DNA of 26,706 nt from a virus (lineage: Duplodnaviria > Caudoviricetes), in the IMG/VR virus record IMGVR_UViG_3300011258_001043, positions 1 through 26,706 of that record, one strand, 5' to 3'. The position numbers and the translations under genes are program-made. The notes under the pieces were generated by a model, which saw only the letters and a list, made by a program, of their open reading frames with translations, was not told the origin of the DNA and searched no databases. Position 1 is the first letter of the stretch. Each line of letters opens with the position of its first letter. Shown one piece after another: positions 26,515-26,706 of this stretch.

Positions 26515-26706
26515 ATGTTAAAAAAAGTGAAAAAACTTGTACTTCATTGCTCAGATTCTAGTGATTCTATCGATCTGGGGGTCAAAGAGATACGTCAATG
26601 GCATACGGATACACCACCAAAAGGCAACGGATGGAGCGATATCGGCTCTCATTTTGTTATCAGAAGAGAAGGTGGGATATAACGTGGTAGAACTGAGAAG
26701 GTTCAA
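26515..26706 (+). pseudogene. T7-lysozyme-type N-acetylmuramoyl-L-alanine amidase (endolysin), 5' part, with in-frame TAA; pseudogene or sequence error
   Basis: Translates as MLKKVKKLVLHCSDS...LGVKEIRQWH...GWSDIGSHFVIRREGGI*RGRTEKVQ, with RBS GGAG. The frame runs off the window. Not in the ORF track. Confidence 0.75.

Noticed and set aside
22568-26682. Stop-codon reassignment as the explanation for the interrupted genes
   Set aside because: TAA, TAG and TGA all end genes at tight gene junctions, and long ORFs are intact under the standard code. The break at 22568 is a frameshift rather than readthrough (TGA is followed by TAA in frame).
1-26706. Assigning a host, or calling the phage temperate or lytic
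   Set aside because: No integrase, repressor, att site or host-derived marker gene is in the window, so neither call is supportable from this sequence.

Overview
This window is a 26.7-kb segment of a tailed dsDNA phage (roughly 38% GC by eye). It looks siphovirus-like: a tube gene, a frameshifted tail chaperone and a tape measure are present, and no sheath gene is. Two arms converge on a hairpin at about 4686-4722. The + arm (1-4680) starts at a perfect sigma70 promoter and encodes an ERF ssDNA-annealing protein, two small proteins, an AEP-type primase-helicase and a family B DNA polymerase. The - arm (26390 to 4740) is an apparently complete morphogenesis operon. In order it carries the terminases, portal, two tandem morphogenesis paralogues (one split by a 1-nt frame break), scaffold, major capsid, a ~4.6-kb block of fibre/decoration genes with a permuted NlpC/P60 enzyme and a holin-like gene, the neck genes, tube, -1 frameshifted chaperone, tape measure and tail-tip genes. 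At the right edge, an unlisted T7-lysozyme-type amidase with an internal stop runs divergently. The least-explained signals are a strong genome-wide excess of RCCGGY/ACCGGT alongside GGCC scarcity, a shared ~30-nt motif before terS and the scaffold gene, shuffled modules shared among virion proteins, and a terminator loop complementary to the chaperone RBS. No integrase, tRNA, CRISPR array or reverse transcriptase is visible. All family calls come from motif recognition by eye and gene order, not database searches.
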